The notes below the pieces were generated by a model. It worked only from the letters and a program-made list of their open reading frames with translations. It did no database searches and had not been told where the DNA came from. Position numbers and translations under genes: made by a program. Shown in pieces: positions 8,962 through 21,011 of a stretch of DNA of 60,711 bases (positions are counted from its first letter, which is position 1; each line of letters opens with the position of its first letter). This DNA is from Alkalispirochaeta sp. (GTDB lineage: Bacteria; Spirochaetota; Spirochaetia; DSM-27196; Alkalispirochaetaceae), in assembly GCA_048614515.1 (NCBI GenBank), contig JBMCMH010000001.1, positions 1-60,711 of the forward strand, written 5' to 3'.

Positions 8962-10209
8962 TTAACTTTGATTGGCCCGGGTGCGCCGGAACCGCACGGA
9001 TGCGATATAGCTCCGCCCCACCGCTTCAATTACAAATGAGCCGAACGTGGTTTCCAGGACTTCATCCTTTTCTGGAATACGCCCCATGGTGCGAATGATG
9101 TATCCGGCGATCGTCTGTGCATCATCATCAGTGGGAAACTGCACGTCCAAGTGGTCGTTTATCACGTGAATTGGGGCGTCGCCGGCCATGATGTACTCAT
9201 CAGGCCCTACCTTAAAGAGCGGCTGAGCTTCTTCGATCTCGCCTTCATCGTAGAGTTCACCGACGAACTCCTCCACCAGATCTTCCACGGTGACGATGCC
9301 AGCCACACCGCCGTACTCGTCGAGGACGATCGCCATGTTGAGACGCTCCCTCCGTAACCGGGAGAGCACCGTATGAAAGCTCTTTGACTCCGGCACAAAC
9401 ACCGGTGGTACTACGATCTTACTGATCGGCATATCGCTGTTCCCGTCGGCCACCGCTTTGGCTACATCCTTGACCAACAAAATGCCCACAATGCGTTCCG
9501 GTTCCCCATCGTATACCGGAATACGAGAGAATCCCGACTCCAGGATCGCCGGAAACACCTCCTGGACGGTGCTTCGTTTTTCCAGGCTAAATACCTTGGT
9601 GCGGTGCGTCATAATCGCCCCCACCCGAACGTCACGAGACCGAAACACGTTCTTCAGAACAGATGCATTCAGTTGATTAAAGAGGCCCTCTCGGCCGGCA
9701 TACCGCACCAAATGCTGAAGCCCCTCAATCGTCACGCGCGGACGTTTGGTACTCCCGGTCAGCCGAGTGAGGGCGTTGCTAATGGTTCGAATGAGCCAGA
9801 TAAACGGTGAAAAGACGAGAGAAAAGATCTGAAGAAACCGCGACAACCCCAGGGTGACGCGCTCGTTGTGCATGATTCCAATCTGTTTCGGGGTCACTTC
9901 ACCGAAGATCAGCACCAGTACCGTCAGAACGAGCGTCGACGCGGTCAGCCACGTCTCTCCGAACATCCGAATGGTAAACGCGGAAACCAGGGCAGATGAC
10001 GCCAGGTTGGCCAGATTATTGCCGATCGTAATGGAGGTCAGCACCACATCCAACCGATCGTAGAGGTCCGCCACGTGCCGACCTCGAGCGCCATGTTCCA
10101 TCTTCATCCGCTCAATCTGATCCACGGTGAGGGAAGTAAACGCCACCTCGGTACCGGAAAACGCCCCGGAGATGAGAAGAAGTACAAAGACAACTGATAT
10201 TTCGATCAC
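8962..10209 (-). CDS. CNNM/HlyC/CorC family transporter (hemolysin-family protein)
   Basis: FSGTEVAF, ITIGNNLAN, FGEVTPK (CNNM); CBS pair (FSRIPVY, DEYGGVAGIVTVEDLVEE); CorC C-terminus. Confidence 0.93.
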   Translation of the reverse strand: MIEISVVFVLLLISGAFSGTEVAFTSLTVDQIERMKMEHGARGRHVADLYDRLDVVLTSITIGNNLANLASSALVSAFTIRMFGETWLTASTLVLTVLVLIFGEVTPKQIGIMHNERVTLGLSRFLQIFSLVFSPFIWLIRTISNALTRLTGSTKRPRVTIEGLQHLVRYAGREGLFNQLNASVLKNVFRSRDVRVGAIMTHRTKVFSLEKRSTVQEVFPAILESGFSRIPVYDGEPERIVGILLVKDVAKAVADGNSDMPISKIVVPPVFVPESKSFHTVLSRLRRERLNMAIVLDEYGGVAGIVTVEDLVEEFVGELYDEGEIEEAQPLFKVGPDEYIMAGDAPIHVINDHLDVQFPTDDDAQTIAGYIIRTMGRIPEKDEVLETTFGSFVIEAVGRSYIASVRFRRTRANQS

Positions 10210-10289
10210 GCGTCCATCATCTCACGATCGTTACATCAAGGCAATTCAACACTTCGGAGGGAAAAATCAGTTGATTAATCGTTTGCATA

Positions 10290-10318
10290 TTGCATTTCAT
10301 ACGCGAAGGTGGTATTTT
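10290..10318 (+). promoter_or_regulatory. Putative sigma70 promoter with no credible downstream CDS
   Basis: TTGCAT-17 nt-TATTTT with TG extended -10, same architecture as the trxA promoter. Confidence 0.6.
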
Positions 10319-10324
10319 CTCGGG

Positions 10325-10433
10325 TATCGGAGCAGAACATGATACCGCTCGCATAGTTCCGATAATGTCATCTTTGGTCTTTTGGTTTTTGGACCCTCTC
10401 AGGTTTTACCTCCTTTCCTGAGAGGGTCTTTTT
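10325..10433 (+). ncRNA. Candidate ~110-nt small RNA with anti-Shine-Dalgarno terminator loop
   Basis: Lies between a promoter and a plus-strand terminator, antisense to both flanking genes; 5' stem 10325-10333/10356-10364. Confidence 0.55.
10392..10433 (+). terminator. Rho-independent terminator of the candidate sRNA
   Basis: Perfect 12-bp stem GACCCTCTCAGG/CCTGAGAGGGTC, loop TTTTACCTCCTTT, then T5 on the plus strand only. Confidence 0.8.
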
Positions 10434-10482
10434 GTGTCCGGGGTCGTACCCGACCGCACAGCAATCGGAGAACAACTGTCCC

Positions 10483-11007
10483 TCACTCCCCCGGGGGAAA
10501 CGCGAAGTTAATACCTGTGGATAAACGGGTGCCGGTATTTATCCAGTCGCTGCCGCCAATCAAGAGATCCTGCTGCGCTTCTACAAACCAGCTCATGATC
10601 GGATGCACATCCACCCGCAACGCCGTCTTCACGTAGGGCCCCATGAGAAATCGGAACTCCGTCTCGGTATCAGGATTGAAGTTGAACACCGGAGACAGGC
10701 CCGTACCGAAGAGAAATGTCACTCGTTCCTGCGGAAAGGTGAAGTTGAGCCCCACATTTGCCGGAATCAAGAAGCTGGGCACCGTATCGCCGTCGGCATT
10801 TTCGTCGGTGGTAATACCAAACGCTCCTCCGAGGTTGAGTTCCAGCCCGTCCTGCAGCTCATACAGATAGGTAGCGGACAGGGCGGTGAGATAGGTGGTG
10901 TCGTACCGATAGAAATTGGTGCCGATACCGGCCGAGAAAGAACTGTCGGCGACTGCGGTGGCGGTGATCGCCGTTGCCGCCCATAAAACAAGAAATGCCT
11001 TGCGCAT
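10483..11007 (-). CDS. Small exported protein, probable 8-stranded outer-membrane beta-barrel
   Basis: Start MRKAFLVLW with AAGGAG RBS; signal peptide ending AVA; alternating beta-strand pattern ending TGINFAF. Confidence 0.65.
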   Translation of the reverse strand: MRKAFLVLWAATAITATAVADSSFSAGIGTNFYRYDTTYLTALSATYLYELQDGLELNLGGAFGITTDENADGDTVPSFLIPANVGLNFTFPQERVTFLFGTGLSPVFNFNPDTETEFRFLMGPYVKTALRVDVHPIMSWFVEAQQDLLIGGSDWINTGTRLSTGINFAFPPGE

Positions 11008-11017
11008 CAACGTCTCC

Positions 11018-12028
11018 TTAGTCAAAAACTCCGTATACCCGGTGACCGCACTGGGGGCATGCTCCGTGGTCGGTGTAGTCCCGCACCGGCGGTCGATGCT
11101 CAATGCAGACGGTACCACATTCAGGGCAGTTCGTCCGGTGATATTCTGATTGTCGGCTGTTTCCCGCGAAGATAAACGGCGGCCCCTCCCGTTCAGCAAG
11201 GTGGTCCAGAACGTCCCGAAGGTCTTGCTCCGTGGTGGCCGGTTCATCCGCCATTTTAAAGGCAGGAAAGAACCGACTCAGATGCCATACCTGCACACCC
11301 GCTTCCACGAGTTCCGTCCTCAACATATCTATCGTCTCTCGACTATGGCGAGAGCTCATGAGCATCGTGGTCACTTCCAGGTGGCGTTCCGGGGCAATCC
11401 GGCGAATCGCCTCCAGCACCGGTTGACTCCGCCCCTTACAGAGTCGCCGGTAAAACTGATCGTCACCTTTGAGGTCGATATTGAAGGCATCCACCACCGG
11501 GATCAGGCGGTCCATCGCCTCCTCGGTGAAGAACCCGTTGGTTACCATGACCACGCGCCCGCCCTCGGCCCGAATGAGAGGAGCCGAATCCAGAATGAAG
11601 TCCTGCCACACCGTGGGTTCACTGTAGGTATAGGCGATAGAGGGAGTCCCGGATCGCTTCCACTGCCGATACACCTCTTCCGCAGTCCAGTGCGTCTGGG
11701 GCTGGGGAAAGTGTTCGGGAAACGCGATGGAGGCGTTCTGACAAAAATCGCAGCGAAAGTTACACCCCGCCAGTGCCACCGAAAACACCTGAGACCCCGG
11801 AAGGAAGTGGTACAGCGGCTTTTTCTCGATCGGATCAATTCCGGCTGACTGGATATCACCATAAACCGTGGTCCGCAGCCGGCCATGGTCGTTGGTTCGG
11901 ACCCCGCAGATGCCCGTTTCCCCCGGGGCGATGGAGCAGCGGTGGGCGCAGAAGTCGCAGGTCACCGTTAATTCAGCAGACGGACCAGGGGCCGACGCCA
12001 CATCTCGATCAGTCATTGGTTCAGTCAT
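11018..12028 (-). CDS. amrS: AmmeMemoRadiSam system radical SAM enzyme
   Basis: CDFCAHRC...GICGVR, DPIEKKPLYHFLPG, CNFRCDFCQN (CxxxCxxC), YTYSEP, C-terminal CPECG/CPQCG. Confidence 0.93.
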   Translation of the reverse strand: MTEPMTDRDVASAPGPSAELTVTCDFCAHRCSIAPGETGICGVRTNDHGRLRTTVYGDIQSAGIDPIEKKPLYHFLPGSQVFSVALAGCNFRCDFCQNASIAFPEHFPQPQTHWTAEEVYRQWKRSGTPSIAYTYSEPTVWQDFILDSAPLIRAEGGRVVMVTNGFFTEEAMDRLIPVVDAFNIDLKGDDQFYRRLCKGRSQPVLEAIRRIAPERHLEVTTMLMSSRHSRETIDMLRTELVEAGVQVWHLSRFFPAFKMADEPATTEQDLRDVLDHLAEREGPPFIFAGNSRQSEYHRTNCPECGTVCIEHRPPVRDYTDHGACPQCGHRVYGVFD

Positions 12029-12605
12029 TATCAACACATTCCTCCTCGGTGTAATGCACCGTCTGGAATACTTCGAACCGCGCGGTGTCACTGCGCCACG
12101 CGTCGGATGACAACCCTGCTTTCCGTGCCAGCCGAGCAAGCGTCTCCGGGAGATCCCATCCGTGCTCCACAGGTACCTCCGGCAGAAAGAGGGCGCGTTT
12201 TCCTGCTACGGATAGAATAATTCCGTCGGTTCCGAGACGGATGTCCCGAGTCTCACCAACCTCTTGAGGAACGGTGAGGATCGAATGCTCTATGACGCAG
12301 AGCTGCAGCTCTTCATCAGTGACCGGCGGGAACCGCGGATCTTGCAACGCCGCCTCCAGCGTAACGCGCCGCAACGTAGACCGCAGCGGTTCCGAGGTGC
12401 GCATCGTACCGATACACCCGCGAAGCTCTCCATGTTTTCGAAGTGTTACAAACAGCCCCGGAGTGTCGTCGAGAATCGGGTCTTCCAGCGTCAGTCGCGG
12501 CTCCTCCGCGTGGCGGTACCGCGACCCCAGCCGCCACCCCAACAGGGAGCGAGAGTATCCGAGTAACGCGCAGCGCTCAGCACGAGAGAGGTTCCAGTTA
12601 GTCAT
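12021..12605 (-). CDS. amrA: AmmeMemoRadiSam system protein A (AMMECR1 domain)
   Basis: GLFVTL...LRGCIG, AALQDPRFPPV, LFLPEV..EHGW, L.RKAGL. Confidence 0.93.
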   Translation of the reverse strand: MTNWNLSRAERCALLGYSRSLLGWRLGSRYRHAEEPRLTLEDPILDDTPGLFVTLRKHGELRGCIGTMRTSEPLRSTLRRVTLEAALQDPRFPPVTDEELQLCVIEHSILTVPQEVGETRDIRLGTDGIILSVAGKRALFLPEVPVEHGWDLPETLARLARKAGLSSDAWRSDTARFEVFQTVHYTEEECVDND

Positions 12606-13507
12606 CGTATGCCTCCGGTAATCTCCGCGGTGAGGTAACAGACGAACTCCTGCGCCGTCTCATCGTCCCCCGCAGAGGAATAATAGTCGAGAATCGTCGA
12701 GTCCTTCCGGACTACCGCGCCGGCCGCCTCCTGCTCGTTCATCGCGGCGGTAGCCAGTCCCAGGGCGTAGCGGCCACACACCGTGCTGTCCTGCGCCAAG
12801 TGCTCCCAGTACGCCTCGAGATCACCGGCCAGTGCGGGCCTCACCATGGTGGTATCTTCCTCGTGAAGGCGCGCTCGTAGCTCGCCCCAGGAGCGCGCGC
12901 CGTACGGCTCCCACCGAAAGGATCGCCCGTAGTGGGTGGCATCGGAGCTCACCAGCCACAGCACGCGGCGGTCTCCTATCCGATCCAGCACACGCCGAGC
13001 AACGCCTCGCGCGCGCTCCGGGGAGGTGAGGCCTCCCACCAGCACCGCCGCCACGGGAATATCTGCCCCGAGGTAGCGGGCGATGCCCGGAAGCAACAGC
13101 TCCACCGCGTGCTCCCGAGCCACCGTGGGCGGATCCTCCTGATCACCGAGTCCCGTGGCCCCCGCGACCGCTACAGCCCCGGGAAGCTCTCCGTAGGGCG
13201 TGGCGTGCGCCGAGAACGCCGCGCCCACGGTGGTATCCGGCGGAATGGGCACGTAGTGCGAGGGCGCCACCACCACCACCAGGTCCACCTCCGCGCGCAG
13301 GCGCTCGCGATGGTGGGCGGCGCGCTCCCAGAACGCTCCTTGCCCGCGGGCGGTGTACATCAACGCGGCGTGGGGGAGCATCCCCAGGAGCGGAGGCGCG
13401 GTGGTAACCGCCTGCGGTCGATCTAATGGTTGGGATTGAAAGAGGGTGTCGATCGCCGGGGCGTGGGTTGGATACCATCGGCCGACGAATTGCATGTGAT
13501 TTATCAT
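12602..13507 (-). CDS. amrB: AmmeMemoRadiSam system protein B (MEMO1 family)
   Basis: GRWYP, PHA, APSH, EHAVE, SSDATHYG, TVCG; strong AAAGGAGGT RBS. Confidence 0.88.
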   Translation of the reverse strand: MINHMQFVGRWYPTHAPAIDTLFQSQPLDRPQAVTTAPPLLGMLPHAALMYTARGQGAFWERAAHHRERLRAEVDLVVVVAPSHYVPIPPDTTVGAAFSAHATPYGELPGAVAVAGATGLGDQEDPPTVAREHAVELLLPGIARYLGADIPVAAVLVGGLTSPERARGVARRVLDRIGDRRVLWLVSSDATHYGRSFRWEPYGARSWGELRARLHEEDTTMVRPALAGDLEAYWEHLAQDSTVCGRYALGLATAAMNEQEAAGAVVRKDSTILDYYSSAGDDETAQEFVCYLTAEITGGIR

Positions 13508-13550
13508 TGGTCCACCTCCTTTTCGAGGTCTCCCTCTATTGTAGGCGCGA

Positions 13551-13580
13551 TTGACGGTGCTGTGAACCATTGGGTACCAT
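13551..13580 (+). promoter_or_regulatory. Putative promoter of leuS (leaderless)
   Basis: TTGACG-18 nt-TACCAT, 7 nt before the ATG at 13588; no SD. Confidence 0.55.
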
Positions 13581-13587
13581 GCCGGGC

Positions 13588-16065
13588 ATGAAGAAATATC
13601 CATTCCGCGAGATTGAGCCCAAGTGGCAGCGGTACTGGGACGAGAACAAGACGTTCCGGGCGACGGAAGATCCCTCAATTCCCTCGGAGAAACGGCGTTA
13701 CGTCCTTGATATGTTTCCCTACCCCTCCGCGGCGGGCCTCCATGTGGGACACCCCGAGGGGTACACCGCTACCGACATCTACTGTCGCTATCTCCGTATG
13801 AATGGATACAACGTGCTGCATCCCATGGGGTTTGACAGCTTTGGATTGCCAGCTGAGAACTACGCCGTCCAGACCGGCACCCATCCCAAGGCTACCACTG
13901 AGGCAAATATTGACCGGTTCCGGGAACAGATCAAGAGCCTCGGATTCTCATATGACTGGGACCGGGAGGTGAGCACCCACCGCGCGGACTACTACAAATG
14001 GACGCAGTGGATCTTCCTGAAGCTCTGGGAGCAGGGTCTGGCGTACGTGGCGGAGATACCGATGTGGTACTGCGAGGCGCTGGGGACGGTCCTGGCAAAC
14101 GAAGAGGTGCTGGCTACCCCGGAGGGGCCCCGGAGTGAGCGCGGTAACCATCCGGTGGAGCGCCGTCCCCTGCGGCAGTGGATGCTCAGGATCACCGAGT
14201 ACGCCGACCGCCTCCTGGAGGGGCTCGAGACGCTGGACTGGCCGGAATCGATCAAAGCGATGCAGCGCAACTGGATCGGCCGCTCCGAGGGAGCCAACGT
14301 GATCTTCCCCCTGGCGGAGGATGCGGCGGAACGGGCCGCAGCGGCGGGTCTTGGTGATGATGAGCGGCACATCGAGGTGTACACCACCCGACCGGATACG
14401 CTCTTCGGCGCCACATACATGGTAATGGCCCCGGAGCACGGTATGGTACCGGCGCTCACCACCGGGGAACAGTCTCAGGCGGTGCAGGAGTACGTGAATA
14501 CCACCAAGCTCAAGAGTGATCTGGAACGGACGGAGCTCTCAAAAGAGAAGACCGGCGTCTTCACCGGCTCTTACGCGATCAATCCGGTCAACGGCGCCCG
14601 TATCCCGATCTGGATCAGTGACTACATTCTGGCGAGCTACGGCACCGGTGCGATTATGGCGGTGCCGGGCCACGACGAGCGTGACTGGGAGTTTGCCACC
14701 ACCTTTGATCTGCCCATCGTAAAAGTGGTGGCGCGCCCGGAGGAGACCGACCCCACCGCCCCGCTCACCGAAGCGGTAGCGGAGTACGGCGTGGCGGTGA
14801 ACAGCGGCCAGTTTGACGGCAAGCCTACGGAACAGGTAAAGACGGAGATCATTGCGTGGCTCGAGGAACACGGCCACGGCACCAAGGCGATTAACTACAA
14901 GCTGCGGGACTGGATATTTAGCCGACAGCGCTACTGGGGCGAGCCGATTCCCCTGGTGGAGTGCGACGGCACGTACTACCCGGTTCCGGAGGACCAGCTC
15001 CCGGTGACGCTCCCGGAGGTGGAAAGCTACAAGCCCACCGGTACCGGTGAGAGTCCCCTGGCGGCGGTCCCGGAGTGGGTGGAATGCGAGTGTCCCGACG
15101 GAAGCGGCCGGATGGGCCGCCGCGAGACTAATACGATGCCGCAGTGGGCGGGAAGCTGCTGGTACTATCTGCGCTATCTGGACCCCAAGAATGATCGGGC
15201 GTTTGCCGACCGGGAAAAGATCGAATACTGGATGCCGGTGGATCTGTATGTGGGCGGCGCGGAGCACGCGGTGCTCCACCTGCTCTACGCGCGCTTCTGG
15301 CATAAGGTGCTCTACGACATCGGTGTGGTAAACACGGATGAGCCGTTTCTGCGCCTGGTAAACCAAGGCATGATCCTGGGCGAGAACGGAGTCAAGATGT
15401 CCAAGAGCCTGGGCAACGTCATTAACCCCGACGATATCGTCTCGGAGTTTGGCGCGGACTCCATGCGCGTCTACGAGATGTTTATGGGGCCGTTGCAGCA
15501 GGAGAAGCCGTGGTCCACCCAGGGGCTGGTGGGGGTTCACCGCTTTCTGGATCGGGTGTGGCGGCTCACGGAGCGCACCGTCACCGCCGAGGCGCCCGAC
15601 GAGGCGCTGCAGCGCATCCTCCACAAGACGATCAAAAAGGTGGGACAGGATACCAACAAGCTGGCGTTTAATACCGCCATCAGTCAGATGATGATCCTGG
15701 TAAACGAGATCTACAAGCGTGACACCTTGGCGCAAGAGGTCTGGGAGGCGTTGATCCGGATGCTGGCGCCCTACGCCCCCCACCTGGCGGAGGAACTTTG
15801 GGAGATGCAGGGCAAGCAGGCACCGGTGTCCTTGGCCTCCTGGCCGGACTTTCGGGAAGAGCTCACTAAAGACGAGGAGACGGAGATCGTCCTCCAGGTG
15901 AACGGTAAAATCCGCTCCCGCATGACCGTAGCCGCCGGAACCGACCTCGACACGTTGCAGGCCGCGGCGCTGCTGGACGAGCGGATCGCTGAGTTGACCG
16001 CGGGCAAAGAGGTCGTCAAAGTGATCGCAGTGCCGGACAAGCTCGTCAATGTAGTGGTGAAATAA
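13588..16065 (+). CDS. leuS: Leucine--tRNA ligase
   Basis: [14 protein letters not shown] (HIGH-type motif), [15 protein letters not shown]. Confidence 0.98.
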   Translation: MKKYPFREIEPKWQRYWDENKTFRATEDPSIPSEKRRYVLDMFPYPSAAGLHVGHPEGYTATDIYCRYLRMNGYNVLHPMGFDSFGLPAENYAVQTGTHPKATTEANIDRFREQIKSLGFSYDWDREVSTHRADYYKWTQWIFLKLWEQGLAYVAEIPMWYCEALGTVLANEEVLATPEGPRSERGNHPVERRPLRQWMLRITEYADRLLEGLETLDWPESIKAMQRNWIGRSEGANVIFPLAEDAAERAAAAGLGDDERHIEVYTTRPDTLFGATYMVMAPEHGMVPALTTGEQSQAVQEYVNTTKLKSDLERTELSKEKTGVFTGSYAINPVNGARIPIWISDYILASYGTGAIMAVPGHDERDWEFATTFDLPIVKVVARPEETDPTAPLTEAVAEYGVAVNSGQFDGKPTEQVKTEIIAWLEEHGHGTKAINYKLRDWIFSRQRYWGEPIPLVECDGTYYPVPEDQLPVTLPEVESYKPTGTGESPLAAVPEWVECECPDGSGRMGRRETNTMPQWAGSCWYYLRYLDPKNDRAFADREKIEYWMPVDLYVGGAEHAVLHLLYARFWHKVLYDIGVVNTDEPFLRLVNQGMILGENGVKMSKSLGNVINPDDIVSEFGADSMRVYEMFMGPLQQEKPWSTQGLVGVHRFLDRVWRLTERTVTAEAPDEALQRILHKTIKKVGQDTNKLAFNTAISQMMILVNEIYKRDTLAQEVWEALIRMLAPYAPHLAEELWEMQGKQAPVSLASWPDFREELTKDEETEIVLQVNGKIRSRMTVAAGTDLDTLQAAALLDERIAELTAGKEVVKVIAVPDKLVNVVVK

Positions 16066-16846
16066 ACCAAAAGGCGTGGCCGTCGCGGTCACGCCCGACG
16101 GTGAGGCGTCGGGCGGACGACCATTGCCATAGATGCCGCACCTCCCCCTCCGCCACCGGAATAACCCAGTAACAGCGGTCGTCCGCCCATACCCCTTCGA
16201 TCGTCTCCTCGGTGGTATCGTGGCTGATCCACACATCGTCTCCGGGGGCGGGCAGAGAAACCTCGCACTCCGGTCGCCGGCGGCGGCGAATCCCATAGCG
16301 CGTGATCTCACCGGTTCCGAGAGCCGCCACCAGTTTTTCGTAATCCAGAGATTCCGGCTGATCGCCACATTCCTCTACCACCGTCTGTTCGAGCCGCGCC
16401 AGATTGATCAACGCGGGATCGAGCCCGCGCCGCGCCACCTGGAGCACCACCCCGGCCGTCCGGCCGAAGTCCGCCTCTGGAGCGACGCGAGAATCCGACG
16501 GCGTACCCCACCCGCCTAACGGCGCGAGCGCGCCGCCTCCCTGGGGGTGGGCGGTGGCGTGGACAACCACCACCTCCGCTCCCTGCCGGGAAAGGGGCAG
16601 CGTGACGGAGGTATCCACGGTTGCCGCCTGTTCCGGGAGCGTCCGTGACTGGACTGCCGCCCCGTCCCACCACGCGAGGTGCCATGTCACTCGCGCCGGG
16701 TGGTACGACTCAGGAAGGGGGGAAATCGTCACCGTGATCCGCGCGACCCGATCCGAAATCGTCGACGGATGGGTGCAGGCGGCCCATATACACACAGACG
16801 CTGCGAATACGATCATCCGCAGTACACCGGTACCAATGCGCTCCAT
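16046..16846 (-). CDS. Hypothetical lipoprotein
   Basis: Only long ORF filling the gap; hydrophobic stretch ending WAAC (lipobox-like); start uncertain. Confidence 0.55.
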   Translation of the reverse strand: MERIGTGVLRMIVFAASVCIWAACTHPSTISDRVARITVTISPLPESYHPARVTWHLAWWDGAAVQSRTLPEQAATVDTSVTLPLSRQGAEVVVVHATAHPQGGGALAPLGGWGTPSDSRVAPEADFGRTAGVVLQVARRGLDPALINLARLEQTVVEECGDQPESLDYEKLVAALGTGEITRYGIRRRRRPECEVSLPAPGDDVWISHDTTEETIEGVWADDRCYWVIPVAEGEVRHLWQWSSARRLTVGRDRDGHAFWFISPLH

Positions 16847-16914
16847 ATGTACTATGTACTGCGCCGGGGAACACGTTGCTTGTCGGAGGGAGGCCCTTAC
16901 CGTATCATGGGGCC

Positions 16915-18330
16915 ATGGCCGGGTATGCAGACTTTGAGGGAGAACTTGAAACGCGCCTGGAAGCACGGCGTACTGAGATCCAAGAACACGACCTGGATAC
17001 GTTGAAGCAGCAGTTTCGACAGATGCAGTCCAGCTTTCAAGCGCTTCACAATCTCCTCAAGAAAAAGGGACTCGTGAAAGAAGATCCGTACAACTACGAG
17101 GAACGTATTTCGGAGTTGGATGTACCTTCCGATGCACCGTACCTAGACAGTGAGCGCGATACACAGCTGAGTATCCGGTTGGGGAAATACGAGCGGCGAC
17201 TCTCGTTTCTCACCGACTACTTCGATTGCTCCCTGGAGAACCTCTCCCTACAACGAATCAAACAAGTAGTAAAATTCTTGCGATACATCAACTGGTCCAA
17301 TGTCTCAGACACTGCCACACAGCCCACCACGCGCGGCTTGGGGGAGCAGGTGGTCAAGGTGAAACGTGGCAGTGATTCCTTGTCGGCCAGCATCGTCACA
17401 GACGCCCAAGACCAGTTGAGCCGCGCCTCGCGGCAGTCGCTGGCGATCTTGAAGCGCATTACTCATGTGCAACGAGAGCAATACAAGCTCGACGTCCGTC
17501 GTTCCGTGTTCACCGATTCCAAGGTTCCTGATTCGCCTCCGGAAGCGCAACGGGAACAGGCATTGCAGCTGGTGAAGTCGTTGTTTCCGAAGCATATGCC
17601 GGGCCGGCCGTTTGCCAGGGACCTCGTGCTCGAGATTTTTGCCGAGAACAGTCCCGACGGAGGTGAAGCTATTCGCCGCACCTTGCTCGATGAGTTAGCC
17701 ACATCCACCGTTCCCGCGGAGACTAAGAAGCCCCAGGATGATCTCAAGCAGATGCTTCTGGAGTCGGCACGAACCTTGGCCGCCGCAAGCCGCCCATTGG
17801 AAGAGGCGGGGAGGAAGCTCGCGGACAACGTATTGGTATTGGAGAGTCGCAAGCTCACGGTGGGGGAGATGCTCAGACAGATCTGGAATCGGATGCGCGG
17901 CAAAGACTCGAATGAACGGATCTTCACGATTGACTATGTGGACAAGACCACCGGCGGCCACAAATCAGAAGATATCAATTTTGACGCGTTCCTCGAGGCG
18001 CTACGCCGGCGGTCCCGGGTTTACAGTGGTCTCATGGCGCGCTCCGGGCCGGCCTGGACGAAGCTTCAGAACTCGGATGAGGATGCGTTACTCCAGTTTG
18101 TCACGAAGGACGCGCAAGAGTTATCGGAGGTGGTCCGGCGATTGGAAGGACTGGAAACGTTCTTCAAAACCGAGGTTGGCCGTGATCAACGCTCGCAACT
18201 CCGATCGGTGAACGCGGAAACGGTAGCTATCAATGATCATTTGAGTCGTGGTCGCCGGAAAGCGCGGCAGTACGTGGCCAAGACGGAGGAGCGAGAACAG
18301 CTACGGAAATTGGGTATCACTGAGGCCTGA
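16915..18330 (+). CDS. Hypothetical alpha-helical cytoplasmic protein
   Basis: 471-aa ORF, charged helical composition, TATCAT 6 nt before ATG; no family recognised. Confidence 0.8.
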   Translation: MAGYADFEGELETRLEARRTEIQEHDLDTLKQQFRQMQSSFQALHNLLKKKGLVKEDPYNYEERISELDVPSDAPYLDSERDTQLSIRLGKYERRLSFLTDYFDCSLENLSLQRIKQVVKFLRYINWSNVSDTATQPTTRGLGEQVVKVKRGSDSLSASIVTDAQDQLSRASRQSLAILKRITHVQREQYKLDVRRSVFTDSKVPDSPPEAQREQALQLVKSLFPKHMPGRPFARDLVLEIFAENSPDGGEAIRRTLLDELATSTVPAETKKPQDDLKQMLLESARTLAAASRPLEEAGRKLADNVLVLESRKLTVGEMLRQIWNRMRGKDSNERIFTIDYVDKTTGGHKSEDINFDAFLEALRRRSRVYSGLMARSGPAWTKLQNSDEDALLQFVTKDAQELSEVVRRLEGLETFFKTEVGRDQRSQLRSVNAETVAINDHLSRGRRKARQYVAKTEEREQLRKLGITEA

Positions 18331-18366
18331 CACCCGATGGCCCGCGCCGGAATGAGCGCGCGGATG

Positions 18367-20304
<1,938 letters not shown>

Positions 20305-20321
20305 AGGGCGTTACTCTATCA

Positions 20322-21011
20322 TCAGGTACTGTGCGAGGGGAACTCTCTCATCATATGCGCCCGGAAGCGGCGTTCGATCGTAGATCGGAACTCTCGGATG
20401 CGTTCTACGTATATCAGGGTGGACTGAGGCGTCCGACCGGCGCGCACCCGAGTGAGCCCGGCGTTATAGCAGGCTACCGCCTCCATGTCGGAATCGGTAT
20501 GTTGCATGCACCACGTGAGATACTGGGTACCGTGGCGGGCGTTGACGTCGGGATGGAAGAAGTCTTCCTCCGAGAGATCACGAAACGTGAGGGAATTCAG
20601 TTGGAAGAGTCCCCGGTCCACGGACGTGGCGTTCTGGTTTACCGCTACCGGGGAATAGCGGCTTTCTACCCACGTAAGGGCAAACACCAGCGATAGGGAC
20701 AGGTTTTCTCGATTGGCATAGTACAGGATCGGGAGCGCAATTTCTTCAGACCCCGTGAGCCCCACAAAGAAATCGACGACCGCTTGGTGGGTCACGTCTT
20801 CTCGGTACAACGCAAGCATGGGGTCCTCGCCGTCGAGGAGGTTTCGTACGTTGGCATAGTCTGCAGGGCTGAGCGGTCCACCGGAGCCGGTATCCCAGGA
20901 AAAATTGAACTGCCGCAGCCCGGTCTCGTCTGAAAAAGATCCCTCACCGGCGGTAGTACTGCATCCGAGTACTGCCGCAATCCCGGCGAGGAGAAGAAAT
21001 CTGTTTGTCAT
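20322..21011 (-). CDS. Lytic transglycosylase (SLT domain) lipoprotein
   Basis: LGC lipobox; VES, DRGLFQLN, YNAG motifs. Confidence 0.88.
   Translation of the reverse strand: MTNRFLLLAGIAAVLGCSTTAGEGSFSDETGLRQFNFSWDTGSGGPLSPADYANVRNLLDGEDPMLALYREDVTHQAVVDFFVGLTGSEEIALPILYYANRENLSLSLVFALTWVESRYSPVAVNQNATSVDRGLFQLNSLTFRDLSEEDFFHPDVNARHGTQYLTWCMQHTDSDMEAVACYNAGLTRVRAGRTPQSTLIYVERIREFRSTIERRFRAHMMREFPSHST

Noticed and set aside
10382-10636. 84-aa plus-strand ORF as an explanation for the promoter at 10290
   Set aside because: TTG start with no SD, runs straight through the strong terminator and overlaps the barrel gene antisense.
14539-16368. 609-aa minus-strand ORF antisense to leuS
   Set aside because: Antisense shadow ORF typical of GC-rich coding DNA.
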